Source: a virus (taxonomy: Duplodnaviria; Caudoviricetes). Taken from it: a stretch of DNA of 53,537 nt. Made by a program: the position numbers and the translations under genes. This document shows, piece after piece, positions 35,820-46,166 of this stretch. Under the pieces are notes generated by a model that did not search any database, had not been told where the DNA came from, and was given only the letters and a program-made list of their open reading frames with translations. The stretch covers positions 1 to 53,537 of IMG/VR virus record IMGVR_UViG_3300031699_000001; one strand, 5' to 3'. Numbering within the stretch: position 1 is the first letter of the stretch; every line of letters starts with the position of its first letter.

Positions 35820-36598
35820 TTGGCAGTATTCAAATACACCTCAAACTCTTTCCCACACTGGTTACAAGTTTTATAAATAAGTCCGTCTATCCCTGCTTTA
35901 TTTACTATCTTTGCAATTTTATTTAACTCTCTATTTTTCTGTTGTTCAAAAAACAATTTAGAAAACTTTGTTTTCCAATCCGTTGTAATCGGGTTACTAT
36001 TAACCCTTGTTATAGAATTCTCATATACTTTATATTGAAGCCTTATTGAATCCGTTGGATATTTATTATATGCATCTATATAAGAATCTATAGACGGATG
36101 GTTAAAACTCATTGATTGAATACTTTCTATCACTTCACCTTTTGCATTTTTGATTTCAAGTATATTATCAAAGTTAATAGAGAATTCTTTGTTATCCTCT
36201 TGATAAACAATATTTAAATCTCCAATACAATCACGAGTGTCATCTTCTTTTGTTTTTTCCGCATATATCTTTTCGTTACATCTAGGACATCTATATATAC
36301 CTTCAACTTTGTCGTCTTCATTATAAAGAAGTACCTGTTGAATCGCTAGATGCTCTATAGTTTTATAAGTCATATTTCTACAAATCTGAGAGATAGTATC
36401 TTTCTTTTCTTCCACATCTCCCGTATCTGTTTTTAAACTAACTATATTACCTTTTGCAAAAGTAAGTAATGCAAAAAATACATTTCCATTATTCTCTATA
36501 ATCTTATTTGTATCAGCTATAACCCCACCACCCGGGTCGGTTATTTCAGCTTCTACAAAAAGTCTATTTGAGAAATTAACCGGGCAAATCAATCTCAT
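35795..36598 (-). CDS. Tail assembly chaperone with Zn-fingers (T4 gp26/gp51-like)
   Basis: CPRC and CNQC motifs, ends NFF; lies between tube and tape measure. Confidence 0.7.
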   Translation of the reverse strand: MRLICPVNFSNRLFVEAEITDPGGGVIADTNKIIENNGNVFFALLTFAKGNIVSLKTDTGDVEEKKDTISQICRNMTYKTIEHLAIQQVLLYNEDDKVEGIYRCPRCNEKIYAEKTKEDDTRDCIGDLNIVYQEDNKEFSINFDNILEIKNAKGEVIESIQSMSFNHPSIDSYIDAYNKYPTDSIRLQYKVYENSITRVNSNPITTDWKTKFSKLFFEQQKNRELNKIAKIVNKAGIDGLIYKTCNQCGKEFEVYLNTANFFVSALQ

Positions 36599-36608
36599 TG
36601 TAAACTCC

Positions 36609-37019
36609 TTATAAATCTATTATGTTTAATGGCAGTAATGTAAACTCAGCCTGTGCAAAAGTAGGATTTTCGGCTGCATATTCCGGCAGTTTTCTATCAA
36701 CTAATTCACATTGACTAAATATCATTCTGTCATACTCTTCACCGTGTCCGTCTATTTCTATTGCGGAAACGTCCTTTACTTCGTCGTTATCTCGCCAATT
36801 ATTTAAAAACAATAAATTAGAACTATCACGCCTTATTTTTATTGCAATTGGGATTGGTGGTATTTTAGTAACACCTGATTTTACAGTTACTATCGTTCTT
36901 AAACTAGGCACTTCGGTTTTAATATCTTCTAGGAATATTTCACCTACTCGTATAATATCAGAAAACTCAACGTCGCCTACTTGTATTTTAATACGTCTTG
37001 ACATATCACTCGATTGCAT
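36609..37019 (-). CDS. Tail tube protein
   Basis: 136 aa immediately after the sheath; T4 gp19-like pattern (L..WR, K.VS.IE.D..G). Confidence 0.8.
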   Translation of the reverse strand: MQSSDMSRRIKIQVGDVEFSDIIRVGEIFLEDIKTEVPSLRTIVTVKSGVTKIPPIPIAIKIRRDSSNLLFLNNWRDNDEVKDVSAIEIDGHGEEYDRMIFSQCELVDRKLPEYAAENPTFAQAEFTLLPLNIIDL

Positions 37020-37042
37020 TTTTTATCTCCTTATATTTTTAT

Positions 37043-38866
37043 CTAGCGAAGCCATAGTCCCACGCCAACTTCAATTCTACCAGCAGGAGCAGGAAACGTA
37101 AAATATACGTCTAACACTCTCTCACCTGCATTTATTTGGCTTTGTGGATTATTACTAGCATCTGCTATTACTTGTACATGGTCATCAAACTTTGTCGGCT
37201 TGCCGTCGCTTCCGAATCCTTGACCGAAAGTTTCACCTTGTTTAACGGCGCCTGTGGATCCTCTTTCCCATAATGAGCGCATAAAATTATATATAGCATC
37301 TCTATCTTGCAGAATCCTTTCAAAGCTATTAGGTTGATTTTCGCTTGATTGTAAACTATCGACTGTTGATACTTTTACATATTCTCTCATCATTATTGCA
37401 TTGAAGAAAGAATATTCCTGAGTTGTTGACGGAGTGAATAAGTTCCTTATTACATAGCCATTACCACTTAAAAATTGAATTATATTAACTCCTGCCTCTG
37501 CAATATCCGTTCTATCTTGATCAGAAATTATTCCTAAATTATCATTGTCAATTCCAATAATTCCGAAAATAGGAGTATCTTTCTGGGGTATATAATGAAT
37601 ACCTTTTAAACCTATTGTTCTCATTATCGTACCCATCACAAATGCAACATTTGGAATTATTCTAGGCAATGCAGTATCGCTAGTTGAAAATGGATCATCT
37701 ATTTTTACCCATTCCGCAACTATTGTCATTAAAACATCATCGCTTCTTTGAAAGTTGTTACCGATAGTAATCAGCTGTGCTTTTGTTCTATCCTGTGCAA
37801 TATTGATTATTACTTTCGGATTATCCTCTCTTGCTTTACACCATGTTTCCATAGCAAGTTGTATAGAGCTTGTAGTAGTTTCTGGGTTACAGATAAGTCT
37901 TACAGGCAAATTATCTAAATTACTTAAAGCAAACGCCCAATGTGCCGCCGTTGTTGCTGCCGTTCCATCTACTCCACTTGCAAGATATGTAACCGTTGTT
38001 ACATCCGACGGCCAGTCTAAATCAACTGTTGCCGGTGTAGTTGCGGCTCTTGTTATGTCTATCCATTTTGAAGTTGAAAAAACATTTTCTACATAATAAT
38101 CAGTTACTAAACTATTTATAGAACAATATATTCTACCAAGATTTTTATCAACTTCGGTTACTATGCCTTTTGAGTCTTTTCTCCAAACTTGTATTTTAAT
38201 ACCCATTACTTCTACGACATCCGTTGCTGTTGCTTTTTTAGTCGCATGTATTACGTTTGTAAAAGATACCTTTTTTAAAGTTTCATCGACTGTGGTTACT
38301 ACATGATAAACCGTTTCTGCCCCGCCGTCTGTTAAGAATATTTTTAATGTATCACCAATTTTTACATCCGAAACGCTTGTTAAATAAATCCAAGTATCTG
38401 TTGCAAGTCCAGTTGTAGAACAAGTAGAAGAAAATCTTGCACCGTTTGTTAATGTATAACCGGTACGATTGCCAGATATACCATATTCTAACGCCCCACC
38501 TGATTTTACTTGATACCCTGCTTTTAATGTTAATAAAGTTGATGGCGTTTGATTCTGTATTATTACGCTTGCATTTACGGCATCAATTGCCGCACCGTCA
38601 TTACCAACGTGAGAGCTTACATATAATGTAGAATCGACTCCAACTGCATTTGAGAAAAAACCATTAACAGATTCAGGAGTATACCAAGATGAACTTATAT
38701 CATATCCGTATATATCTTGAAATTCTTTTGGGCTTCTTACTGCAAACGCTTGATCATATTTTCTTTCTGTATGTCCTATAATCCCTCCGATTAGAAAGTC
38801 TGCGGGTTCTACTACTTTACTTTTTATTGTCGGTCTATTGACACCATGAACACCTAAAGTCTTCAT
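37043..38866 (-). CDS. Contractile tail sheath protein
   Basis: LASGVDG, GVNII, C-terminal SNNPQSQINAGE...F..PAPAGRIEV. Confidence 0.92.
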   Translation of the reverse strand: MKTLGVHGVNRPTIKSKVVEPADFLIGGIIGHTERKYDQAFAVRSPKEFQDIYGYDISSSWYTPESVNGFFSNAVGVDSTLYVSSHVGNDGAAIDAVNASVIIQNQTPSTLLTLKAGYQVKSGGALEYGISGNRTGYTLTNGARFSSTCSTTGLATDTWIYLTSVSDVKIGDTLKIFLTDGGAETVYHVVTTVDETLKKVSFTNVIHATKKATATDVVEVMGIKIQVWRKDSKGIVTEVDKNLGRIYCSINSLVTDYYVENVFSTSKWIDITRAATTPATVDLDWPSDVTTVTYLASGVDGTAATTAAHWAFALSNLDNLPVRLICNPETTTSSIQLAMETWCKAREDNPKVIINIAQDRTKAQLITIGNNFQRSDDVLMTIVAEWVKIDDPFSTSDTALPRIIPNVAFVMGTIMRTIGLKGIHYIPQKDTPIFGIIGIDNDNLGIISDQDRTDIAEAGVNIIQFLSGNGYVIRNLFTPSTTQEYSFFNAIMMREYVKVSTVDSLQSSENQPNSFERILQDRDAIYNFMRSLWERGSTGAVKQGETFGQGFGSDGKPTKFDDHVQVIADASNNPQSQINAGERVLDVYFTFPAPAGRIEVGVGLWLR

Positions 38867-39117
38867 TCACTTACCTCCTGAATAACTATTTTCTTTAATG
38901 CCGATTTTATGTCGTCATGTTCACTTTGTTTTTTTGTTATTATTACGCTATCCCCTTCTTTCCCTCTTGGTTCTAGTCTATACATAATGCTGCCTATATA
39001 TAACTCATAAGGAGCGTTATTTCTATTTATAACCATAAACTTTGATTCTTTTTTTCTTTTTACAGGGATATTCTCTTTTATCTCTTCTTTTATTTCTTCT
39101 TTGATATCTTCCATCAA
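38863..39117 (-). CDS. Small protein upstream of the sheath
   Basis: 84-aa coupled ORF. Confidence 0.55.
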   Translation of the reverse strand: MMEDIKEEIKEEIKENIPVKRKKESKFMVINRNNAPYELYIGSIMYRLEPRGKEGDSVIITKKQSEHDDIKSALKKIVIQEVSE

Positions 39118-40313
39118 TTAGCCTCCACATAGATATTATTTGTTAAAGTTGTCGTATTAGGCAACGTTATTCCTTCATCAAAATACTCTTGTATTTCTAC
39201 TATACAAGTGTATACTTTTTTATACACTAAATCCTCCGGCATTATCGGGTCTATTACAGCCGGATCGCCTTGAAAATTAACTTGATATCTCTTACCGTTA
39301 ATCCATAGTAATTCACTTTCAATTGACTGTCTTACCGCATCGCTCATTATCTGCATTATTTGTTCATGTCTAGCTTCTAAATGAAACTCGATATTCCAGT
39401 TCATAATCTCAGGATTTTTTCTCTCATTCACAGTTTGATCGGCTCTATAAGAATAAAGCTCTTTTGTCTGTTTATTATGTCTATTTACAACCGTCGGTTG
39501 CCATCCTTTAATCATAATGCCCGGGATTAAAACCTCTCTATTCATTCCGTATTCAACCGGTATTCTTAGATATACCGTACCGGCTGCAAAGTCGTTTATT
39601 ATCTCATCACCGTCATACATTGAGTTTATTTTATAATAGCTTTCATCGTTTTCATCAAGTTGATGATCTTCACTATTTGTAATATCTTTAATCCTTACAA
39701 CTGAGTATTTATTTATATAATCTTTATTACCGGTTATCTTTAATTCAGTATCACCATCGCTGACAACCGTTGACCCTATTGATACACCGTCTCCGATCAT
39801 ATCCGTTAATCTATTTTCAACTTTTGTTTTAAATGACTTATAGATATCTAAAGGTATCTGATCTTTATAAGCAATAATAGAGCTTATAAATAAATAATCA
39901 GATTCATCATGTAATGCTGTTATTCGTATTCTGTCAATAGTTGTTAAGTCTCTAACATCAAAGACAACGGGAGTAAACGAGTTATATGTCGGTATACAAA
40001 AATCAGTCATTGTACTATTAAAATCTATGGAGTATTTAAAATCAGAATAACTCGTTAATTGGCCTCCCTGATTCTTTAATCTTGTAGAATATATCCACAT
40101 AACAATCTCATCATAAGAACTTATATCAATTGCGGTAAATGTTTTCTGAACGTATTCACCGCTTGCATCTCCAATACATTGTATCATTAACGAATAGTCA
40201 TTTTCATTTGCAATGTAAGCCGGTATTTGATTAGTGCCTGCGACTTTCATTTTAGTTATATCTGAGTTTGTCCAACTTGTTATGGAGTCTAAATTATCAA
40301 TGGTAAGCATCAT
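39114..40313 (-). CDS. Putative tail completion/terminator protein with extra beta domains
   Basis: 399 aa between the neck genes and the sheath. Confidence 0.5.
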   Translation of the reverse strand: MMLTIDNLDSITSWTNSDITKMKVAGTNQIPAYIANENDYSLMIQCIGDASGEYVQKTFTAIDISSYDEIVMWIYSTRLKNQGGQLTSYSDFKYSIDFNSTMTDFCIPTYNSFTPVVFDVRDLTTIDRIRITALHDESDYLFISSIIAYKDQIPLDIYKSFKTKVENRLTDMIGDGVSIGSTVVSDGDTELKITGNKDYINKYSVVRIKDITNSEDHQLDENDESYYKINSMYDGDEIINDFAAGTVYLRIPVEYGMNREVLIPGIMIKGWQPTVVNRHNKQTKELYSYRADQTVNERKNPEIMNWNIEFHLEARHEQIMQIMSDAVRQSIESELLWINGKRYQVNFQGDPAVIDPIMPEDLVYKKVYTCIVEIQEYFDEGITLPNTTTLTNNIYVEAN

Positions 40314-40893
40314 AGTTTTTAGCCTCCTGTTGTTTTTTCTTAATCAAGTTCTTTATCCTTTTATCCCTACCGCTAACTATCCATTCATTTATACTAGCTG
40401 CAAAATTAGCAACTAAACTTCTATTGTCTTTCTCATTATAAAACTCATTAAACGCTTTTTTCCCTGCCGGCCTTGCCGGTATCACTATTGCTACTTTGCC
40501 GTTAAAAATAGTCTTACCGTATTCATGCACATAAAACAAGGTCTTTAAACTTATATTTGCTTTATGATGTTTTCTATCACTCGGTCTTATTCTATATCCG
40601 TTCTTTAGCTTTCTTATCATAAGCATTTGACGGTATAGTCTTTTATCGTCCCCACCCATGCCCATTAACGGATTATCTGGTTGTGGATATCCTTGTCTTT
40701 GCTTTTCCCTTACCGTTTCGGGCTTTAATCGCTTTAATCCAAAACTATCATTTTCTATACCTTTAACAAATATATCAATCAATCTTACCGCATCAGCTTT
40801 TCGCTGAGCGTCTATATATCCCTTATGATAATCATGGAGTCGGTTAAATCTGCCTTCAAGTCTTTTCCCAACTTGTTTTAAGTTAGCTATCAT
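40297..40893 (-). CDS. Neck / virion morphogenesis protein
   Basis: LKPETV..K, VHEYG, IPARP motifs. Confidence 0.75.
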   Translation of the reverse strand: MIANLKQVGKRLEGRFNRLHDYHKGYIDAQRKADAVRLIDIFVKGIENDSFGLKRLKPETVREKQRQGYPQPDNPLMGMGGDDKRLYRQMLMIRKLKNGYRIRPSDRKHHKANISLKTLFYVHEYGKTIFNGKVAIVIPARPAGKKAFNEFYNEKDNRSLVANFAASINEWIVSGRDKRIKNLIKKKQQEAKNYDAYH

Positions 40894-41513
40894 TCTTTTC
40901 TAAGCCCCAGCACTATATATAAATAACTATTACCAAATCTAGTTAAATTGTTCCTGTCTACTATTTTATACGTCTCAGCGTTATGCTTTACAGTTGATCT
41001 ATTTAGGATAATATCGTTTAAGTCATAACCGGCATCTATCCAATCTTGATAAGCTGTTTTAACCGATACTTGACAATCTTCTTTTAATCCAGTCTCATCA
41101 AGTTCATTCTTTGAAGGGTTCTCAATAATCGGATATGCCTTAACCCAAAATGACTTTGATTGAGCTTTTCGTTTGATCGAATTATAGTCATCTCTTGTTA
41201 CATTCGTTTCATCTCTCAAAACTATTTGTATCAATGATCCTTCATTATTAACAATGTTTTGTACTTCTTTTCTTGCCTCGCATGTCTCCTGCAATTTATA
41301 AGGCGGTACGTCGCTAAACAAAACATTTACAGTGCCGTCAAGTAAAGCATTATCTGACATTGTTAATTCGTCAACATCATCTATCGTCAATACAGTCGTG
41401 CAAATAGGTATATAATCACTCTTGTATAAAAATAACCCTGCTGCCATTCTGTTAGTGTCAACTGTAAGGGTAGGGCTTCCTAATGTAAATACTGCACTTC
41501 GTGTATATTCCAT
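40890..41513 (-). CDS. Putative head closure protein
   Basis: Position after the adaptor; beta-rich C-terminal domain. Confidence 0.55.
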   Translation of the reverse strand: MEYTRSAVFTLGSPTLTVDTNRMAAGLFLYKSDYIPICTTVLTIDDVDELTMSDNALLDGTVNVLFSDVPPYKLQETCEARKEVQNIVNNEGSLIQIVLRDETNVTRDDYNSIKRKAQSKSFWVKAYPIIENPSKNELDETGLKEDCQVSVKTAYQDWIDAGYDLNDIILNRSTVKHNAETYKIVDRNNLTRFGNSYLYIVLGLRKE

Positions 41514-42136
41514 TAAACTACACTCGTTCCATATCGTCTTATTTTATAATAAGCAAGTCTAAATAATTCATTACGAATATTTGTATATTTGCCTCGCCTT
41601 CCATAACTCTTACTAAATGCCTCTGCGGAAGTATCACCACCCCCGAATCTTCCTTCAATTTGTGTCAACATCATTTCAGCTGTTAAAAATGAAATAGCCT
41701 CTTTTATCCCTGCCGGTATATCGGCATCCTCATATCCAACCGTGTAAACGATTTTCATGTTCTTTTGGCCTTTTGGGAAAACCGGCATAATCCAGGTTTC
41801 AACTGCATTTCTTTTGGCTTTCAGCATTCCTTCATCTGCGAGTAACTCTACATTCGAGAGGTTTAAAACTCTTTGGTTATCCCCACCGAGTACATATCTA
41901 ATTTCAGTCAATGACTTAATATCACGCCTTGACAAGTATAATATATTAGTACCGTTTCCGCTTACATACTCTGTTATAGTTTCAACACCTGTAAACTTAG
42001 AGCGTGTCATTTCTTCAACTGTTGGAATAACATAATTATCCCGACGTGCTTCTATCCATGCGTCTGATATAACATTGCTTGAAATGCAATAACCTTCGAG
42101 TACGGCTCTGATTTCCGTTGCGGTCGGTTTACTCAT
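41513..42136 (-). CDS. Head-tail adaptor/connector
   Basis: FPKGQKNMKIVYTVGY...IPAGIKEA motif. Confidence 0.8.
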   Translation of the reverse strand: MSKPTATEIRAVLEGYCISSNVISDAWIEARRDNYVIPTVEEMTRSKFTGVETITEYVSGNGTNILYLSRRDIKSLTEIRYVLGGDNQRVLNLSNVELLADEGMLKAKRNAVETWIMPVFPKGQKNMKIVYTVGYEDADIPAGIKEAISFLTAEMMLTQIEGRFGGGDTSAEAFSKSYGRRGKYTNIRNELFRLAYYKIRRYGTSVV

Positions 42137-42462
42137 AATCCAGCCTTTAGAAGTATGCTATAATATTTCGGGGTTTCAGCCAAATGATCTAATGCTACTC
42201 TTGCGGCTATTATTGGCTCATTCGTATGTTCCATTTCAACCTTAATGCCTTTTCTCAATTCAGCTTCGTCAATATCTTTTATATTCAGCTTTTTCTTTTT
42301 AGCATTTCCACTATTAAAAAAACTCGTTAATAACCCATAAGCGATTGATTCCAGTTTGTCCGGTTCTACTCCTAACTTACCCGCTAAGGCATGGAACTCT
42401 TCATCATTAACCGGAGCTTTATGAGTTTGCATAAACTTTACTACTTCTATTTTTAAATCCAT
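42133..42462 (-). CDS. DUF5661-like protein
   Basis: ELRKGIKVEMEHT.....ARVALDHLAETPKYYS. Confidence 0.75.
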   Translation of the reverse strand: MDLKIEVVKFMQTHKAPVNDEEFHALAGKLGVEPDKLESIAYGLLTSFFNSGNAKKKKLNIKDIDEAELRKGIKVEMEHTNEPIIAARVALDHLAETPKYYSILLKAGL

Positions 42463-42475
42463 TTTAGCCTCTTAT

Positions 42476-42578
42476 AAAAATATCCGTTTTTCAGGGTGAA
42501 CGGATTCAAAACCCTTTTTCGTTTAATAGCCTTATAAGGCTTTAACAATCGGCACGGTTAATGCCGATTATAAAAACT
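42476..42578 (-). promoter_or_regulatory. Structured element after the capsid genes (two hairpins, H-type pseudoknot, U-tract)
   Basis: AATCGGCA/TGCCGATT, AGCCTT/AAGGCT, crossing AGGGT/ACCCT and ATCCGTT/AACGGAT. Confidence 0.55.
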
Positions 42579-42696
42579 TTATTCTTCTTCTTTTACTACT
42601 CTTCTTGTATCTTTTTTAACTTCTATTTTAGTTACTATTTCCGGTTGTTTATCTATTATTTCTATCCAGTCATCATCTCTTCTCATTATAAACTCC

Positions 42697-43680
42697 TTAT
42701 TGATTAGTACCAATTCCACCGGCTGCACTTGCTGCTGCTGCTACTGCATTATTATAAATAATGCCCCTATTATTTGAATCCCACTCAGCCGCACCATCTG
42801 TGAAAGCCATACAGTCTTTTAATATAATCTTTCCTTGTACTATTCCAGCCTTGATATTAAATACAGATGTTTGTGCGATTGTCTGGTTAACAGAATCAGT
42901 AAAGAACAAACAATTTTTAAACATTAAATATCTATCAATTGCGGTTGCATCTTCCAGTGTTACGGTTGCATAGCCTGCCGCACCTGCATAACCATATAAC
43001 TGGCAATCTTCAAATACGTTTCTGGTTGCTGCGCCGTCAAGCCATAGTTCCGTAGCGTCCGCATCACGAGTCGCTGTATCGACTCCAATTTGACAACCTT
43101 TAAATACATTTTCAGCACCGCCATTTATTTTTACACTTGCCGATCCTGCTACGCTCATTGTTGCATTTCCTATTCCTGCAAAATGACAATTTTCAAAGTA
43201 ATTTCTTTGTCCCGTAACTGTCAAACATATCTTTGACGTTGCATCCGCAACTCCATGAAATGCATATATGTTCTTCCATACACATCCACTTCCAGATACT
43301 TTTAACAGATCAATGCCGGTTGCGGTTGATAATTGAAATATCCTCGCTCTTTTGCCCACCCCTACGGGAGCGCAAAATCCTATTAAATGTGCATAGCTTT
43401 TAGCCCAATCAAGTTGAGCGGATAAAGTTACGCCCGTTGTACCTGCCATATAAACCAACACGTCATTATAGCCATCTCGTAACACACTATATCCATAGGT
43501 TAATGTTTTAAAGGCTTTATCATAAGATTGGCCATCATTTGAATCCGCCCCATTTGTTGGGTCAAGATAATATATTTTACCTACATTTATACCTAAGGAT
43601 TGCATGACTTGATCGCCCAGCTTAACAAGTTGATTAGCTGGCATAGCATTATTTATTATATTTGCTTCATCTCTAGTCAT
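42697..43680 (-). CDS. Right-handed beta-helix (pectin-lyase-like) head-associated protein
   Basis: YYLDPTNGADSNDG.S...AFKTL, repeated N.F.NC.F coils; located after the capsid gene. Confidence 0.75.
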   Translation of the reverse strand: MTRDEANIINNAMPANQLVKLGDQVMQSLGINVGKIYYLDPTNGADSNDGQSYDKAFKTLTYGYSVLRDGYNDVLVYMAGTTGVTLSAQLDWAKSYAHLIGFCAPVGVGKRARIFQLSTATGIDLLKVSGSGCVWKNIYAFHGVADATSKICLTVTGQRNYFENCHFAGIGNATMSVAGSASVKINGGAENVFKGCQIGVDTATRDADATELWLDGAATRNVFEDCQLYGYAGAAGYATVTLEDATAIDRYLMFKNCLFFTDSVNQTIAQTSVFNIKAGIVQGKIILKDCMAFTDGAAEWDSNNRGIIYNNAVAAAASAAGGIGTNQ

Positions 43681-43955
43681 ATTTTTAACTCCTTCAATAA
43701 AAGATAACCCTGTCTTATAAGGTCATCTCTAATTTGTTTACTATACGTATAACAAACATTATTTACTACTTTTACAATCTCATTATCAATTGTAATTTCA
43801 TAGTTTCTTGGATTACCAACTTCCCACTCCGGACAGTGAAGCTGATATCTTACCTCTTCCTTTTTCTCTTGCTTTTCCTTTTGTTCTATCTTTACCTTTT
43901 CGGATATAAGCGGAGCTTTAAGCCCCGCATTATATTCTTTATATGTTTTTAACAT
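43677..43955 (-). CDS. Small head-module protein
   Basis: 92 aa directly after the capsid gene. Confidence 0.55.
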   Translation of the reverse strand: MLKTYKEYNAGLKAPLISEKVKIEQKEKQEKKEEVRYQLHCPEWEVGNPRNYEITIDNEIVKVVNNVCYTYSKQIRDDLIRQGYLLLKELKI

Positions 43956-43957
43956 TA

Positions 43958-45433
43958 TCAGTAAGTCCTAACTCCACGATGATACACGCTTGTCATATCT
44001 GCGCTTGGTACTAACGCACAATAACTCTTTATCAAGAATGGTAAAAAGTCATCTGTTTGTGCAAGTGGAGTTGTGGTAATTAAACCATCAAAATTACTTC
44101 CACCCTGGTTTGTATAAACAAGTTTACCTAGTCCCTGAATTGGGTCTAAATCCCATAAGAATATAGACTCTGGAACGTCATGTGCCGCCTCTTGTTCATA
44201 AGCAACATCCCTTGTCTGCCATAAGCTCACGCTTGCTGTGATAGTACCGGCTGCCATTGTAGTAGTTCCGTCTGTATATGAGAAAGTCGGATTATAAACT
44301 GTTGGATTAGTTGTAAAAGTTACACTTGTTACACCTATCGCATTGTTTGTTCCGTTTGTATCATAAGTAAAGCCCGGAAGTTCAGCAACTAATACTTCTG
44401 TATTTACAGTGTCTGAACAGTATATCTTATATCTAAGATTTGCTGTATTAGCAGTCCATGTTAAAGTTAGAGTTGATGTATTTCCGCCAGCTGTGACCTG
44501 GCTTTCTTCGATTGCTAGTTGTTCACCGTCAAGTGTTACTGCCGCAATTTTGAAAAAGTATTCATCATCTGGTATTGTTCCACCCGCTGCATTAGTTGTC
44601 GGGGTTACGGTCGTCATAGTTGTTAATGGTCTTGTAGAAGTTGATTCTACTATAGGAATATCCCTATATGCGTTCATTCTCCAACCGCCGTTAATTTCAA
44701 CTTGACTCATAGTTCCGGATAAACCTTGATTTAACCTTACATTTGTCAATAGCTGAGATACGAAAGATAACATCTCAGGAGACATTACAAAACATCTTCG
44801 ATGCTTAGAGCCGCCCTTCCTGTTTGATCTGTCAATCATGTCATCAAGAAACTTTAATGAAGTTTTTGTTACTCCATATCTTGCCTCTACGATTCTATTA
44901 AGGCATACTGTTGCACTTGCTGAATTGTAGTAAGTTCCTATCAATTTATCTAGCCCGCTAAACTCATAAGGATTAGCGTCTGCATTACCATATAAAATAG
45001 CGTTAACTAAATCATACACTTGTACGATAAGTTGATTTTCCATTTCATAAGCTGCGGCATCAATATACTCGCCGCTTGTATCTTGTAAGAAGTTTGTTAC
45101 CGCGCCTTTTCTACGAATAACTTTTAATGTTACACCCGTTTTTACAGTTGTACTGTTAGTTGTCGGAGTTGTAGCATTTTCGCCCATTGCGCCACCGGCT
45201 GCGGGTAGTGTTGTCAACCTATTGAACTCATGGTATTTGCCTTGAATCTTCTTAGATTGTGTTAAAGCAAGTTCAGGTGAAAGTCTAATAATTAAATTAG
45301 TAATTTCTTTTTCCAAACTCTGAGGAATTAAGCCTTCCCCTACACCTGTTGCAGATGAAAGAGCTTTTTTAATTAAGCTAACATTCTCACCTGCAAATCT
45401 ATTAAATTGTCTTAACTGTTGAATTCCGTTCAT
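43958..45433 (-). CDS. Major capsid protein with an inserted Ig/FN3-like domain
   Basis: LIPQSLE, HEFNR, ILYGNAD...EFSGL.KL, FVMSP; follows protease and scaffold. Confidence 0.88.
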   Translation of the reverse strand: MNGIQQLRQFNRFAGENVSLIKKALSSATGVGEGLIPQSLEKEITNLIIRLSPELALTQSKKIQGKYHEFNRLTTLPAAGGAMGENATTPTTNSTTVKTGVTLKVIRRKGAVTNFLQDTSGEYIDAAAYEMENQLIVQVYDLVNAILYGNADANPYEFSGLDKLIGTYYNSASATVCLNRIVEARYGVTKTSLKFLDDMIDRSNRKGGSKHRRCFVMSPEMLSFVSQLLTNVRLNQGLSGTMSQVEINGGWRMNAYRDIPIVESTSTRPLTTMTTVTPTTNAAGGTIPDDEYFFKIAAVTLDGEQLAIEESQVTAGGNTSTLTLTWTANTANLRYKIYCSDTVNTEVLVAELPGFTYDTNGTNNAIGVTSVTFTTNPTVYNPTFSYTDGTTTMAAGTITASVSLWQTRDVAYEQEAAHDVPESIFLWDLDPIQGLGKLVYTNQGGSNFDGLITTTPLAQTDDFLPFLIKSYCALVPSADMTSVYHRGVRTY

Positions 45434-45443
45434 TTATATACTC

Positions 45444-46166
45444 CTATCTTTTTGCAACTAGGCTTGCAAGGATTGACTTATCCGCTAAGGACTTTCTTAC
45501 CTTATCTATATTTGATAAAGTGCTTTCTTCTTTTTCTACACTCTGAATATTCAGTGCCTTTGCTATATAAGCAAGTGTAGCCTCTGCGTCTTTAGGGTTG
45601 TTCAAACCTTTTCTAACCTGTTGTTCTTCTTTTACTGCATAGCTTTTTTCAATTTCATTTGCAATGCCTAACCCATTGATTAGATTGCCGATTGCATTTT
45701 CAGTCACCTCTTGTCTTGCAAGTAAATTCTTGTTTATTTTTACAAGTTCGTTTAATACTTTATTAGTTGAACTTGAATCATTCTTTACTGATTTCTTTAC
45801 ATTAGATTTAAAACCTATTTTGTTTAAAATAGCTTTTGCAACTTCGTCAATTGTTTCCTCTGTTATGTTTGTAAGAGGTTCTTCAATTAGTTCTTCTGAG
45901 TCGTCATTTGCTACCGATCCGTCTGACGGGGTATCAATTGTTGACTTGTTTACTTCCTCATCTTTTTCGTCTTTCTTATCTTCTTTATCCTCAGCGTCTA
46001 AAGCCATTAAAACTTCGTCATTAGCTTCTAACTCGTTTCCTGATTGCATATCTTCCTCTCCTGTCATTTCTTCAGAGCCTTCACTCTGTAATAGTTGCTG
46101 AACTAAGCTCATTATATTGTTTAACAATACTTTTTCTTCGTTCTCATTCTCTTTTCTTATAATCAT
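45444..46166 (-). CDS. Scaffolding protein
   Basis: Acidic and coiled-coil, repeated KS/KA motifs, lies between protease and capsid. Confidence 0.7.
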   Translation of the reverse strand: MIIRKENENEEKVLLNNIMSLVQQLLQSEGSEEMTGEEDMQSGNELEANDEVLMALDAEDKEDKKDEKDEEVNKSTIDTPSDGSVANDDSEELIEEPLTNITEETIDEVAKAILNKIGFKSNVKKSVKNDSSSTNKVLNELVKINKNLLARQEVTENAIGNLINGLGIANEIEKSYAVKEEQQVRKGLNNPKDAEATLAYIAKALNIQSVEKEESTLSNIDKVRKSLADKSILASLVAKR

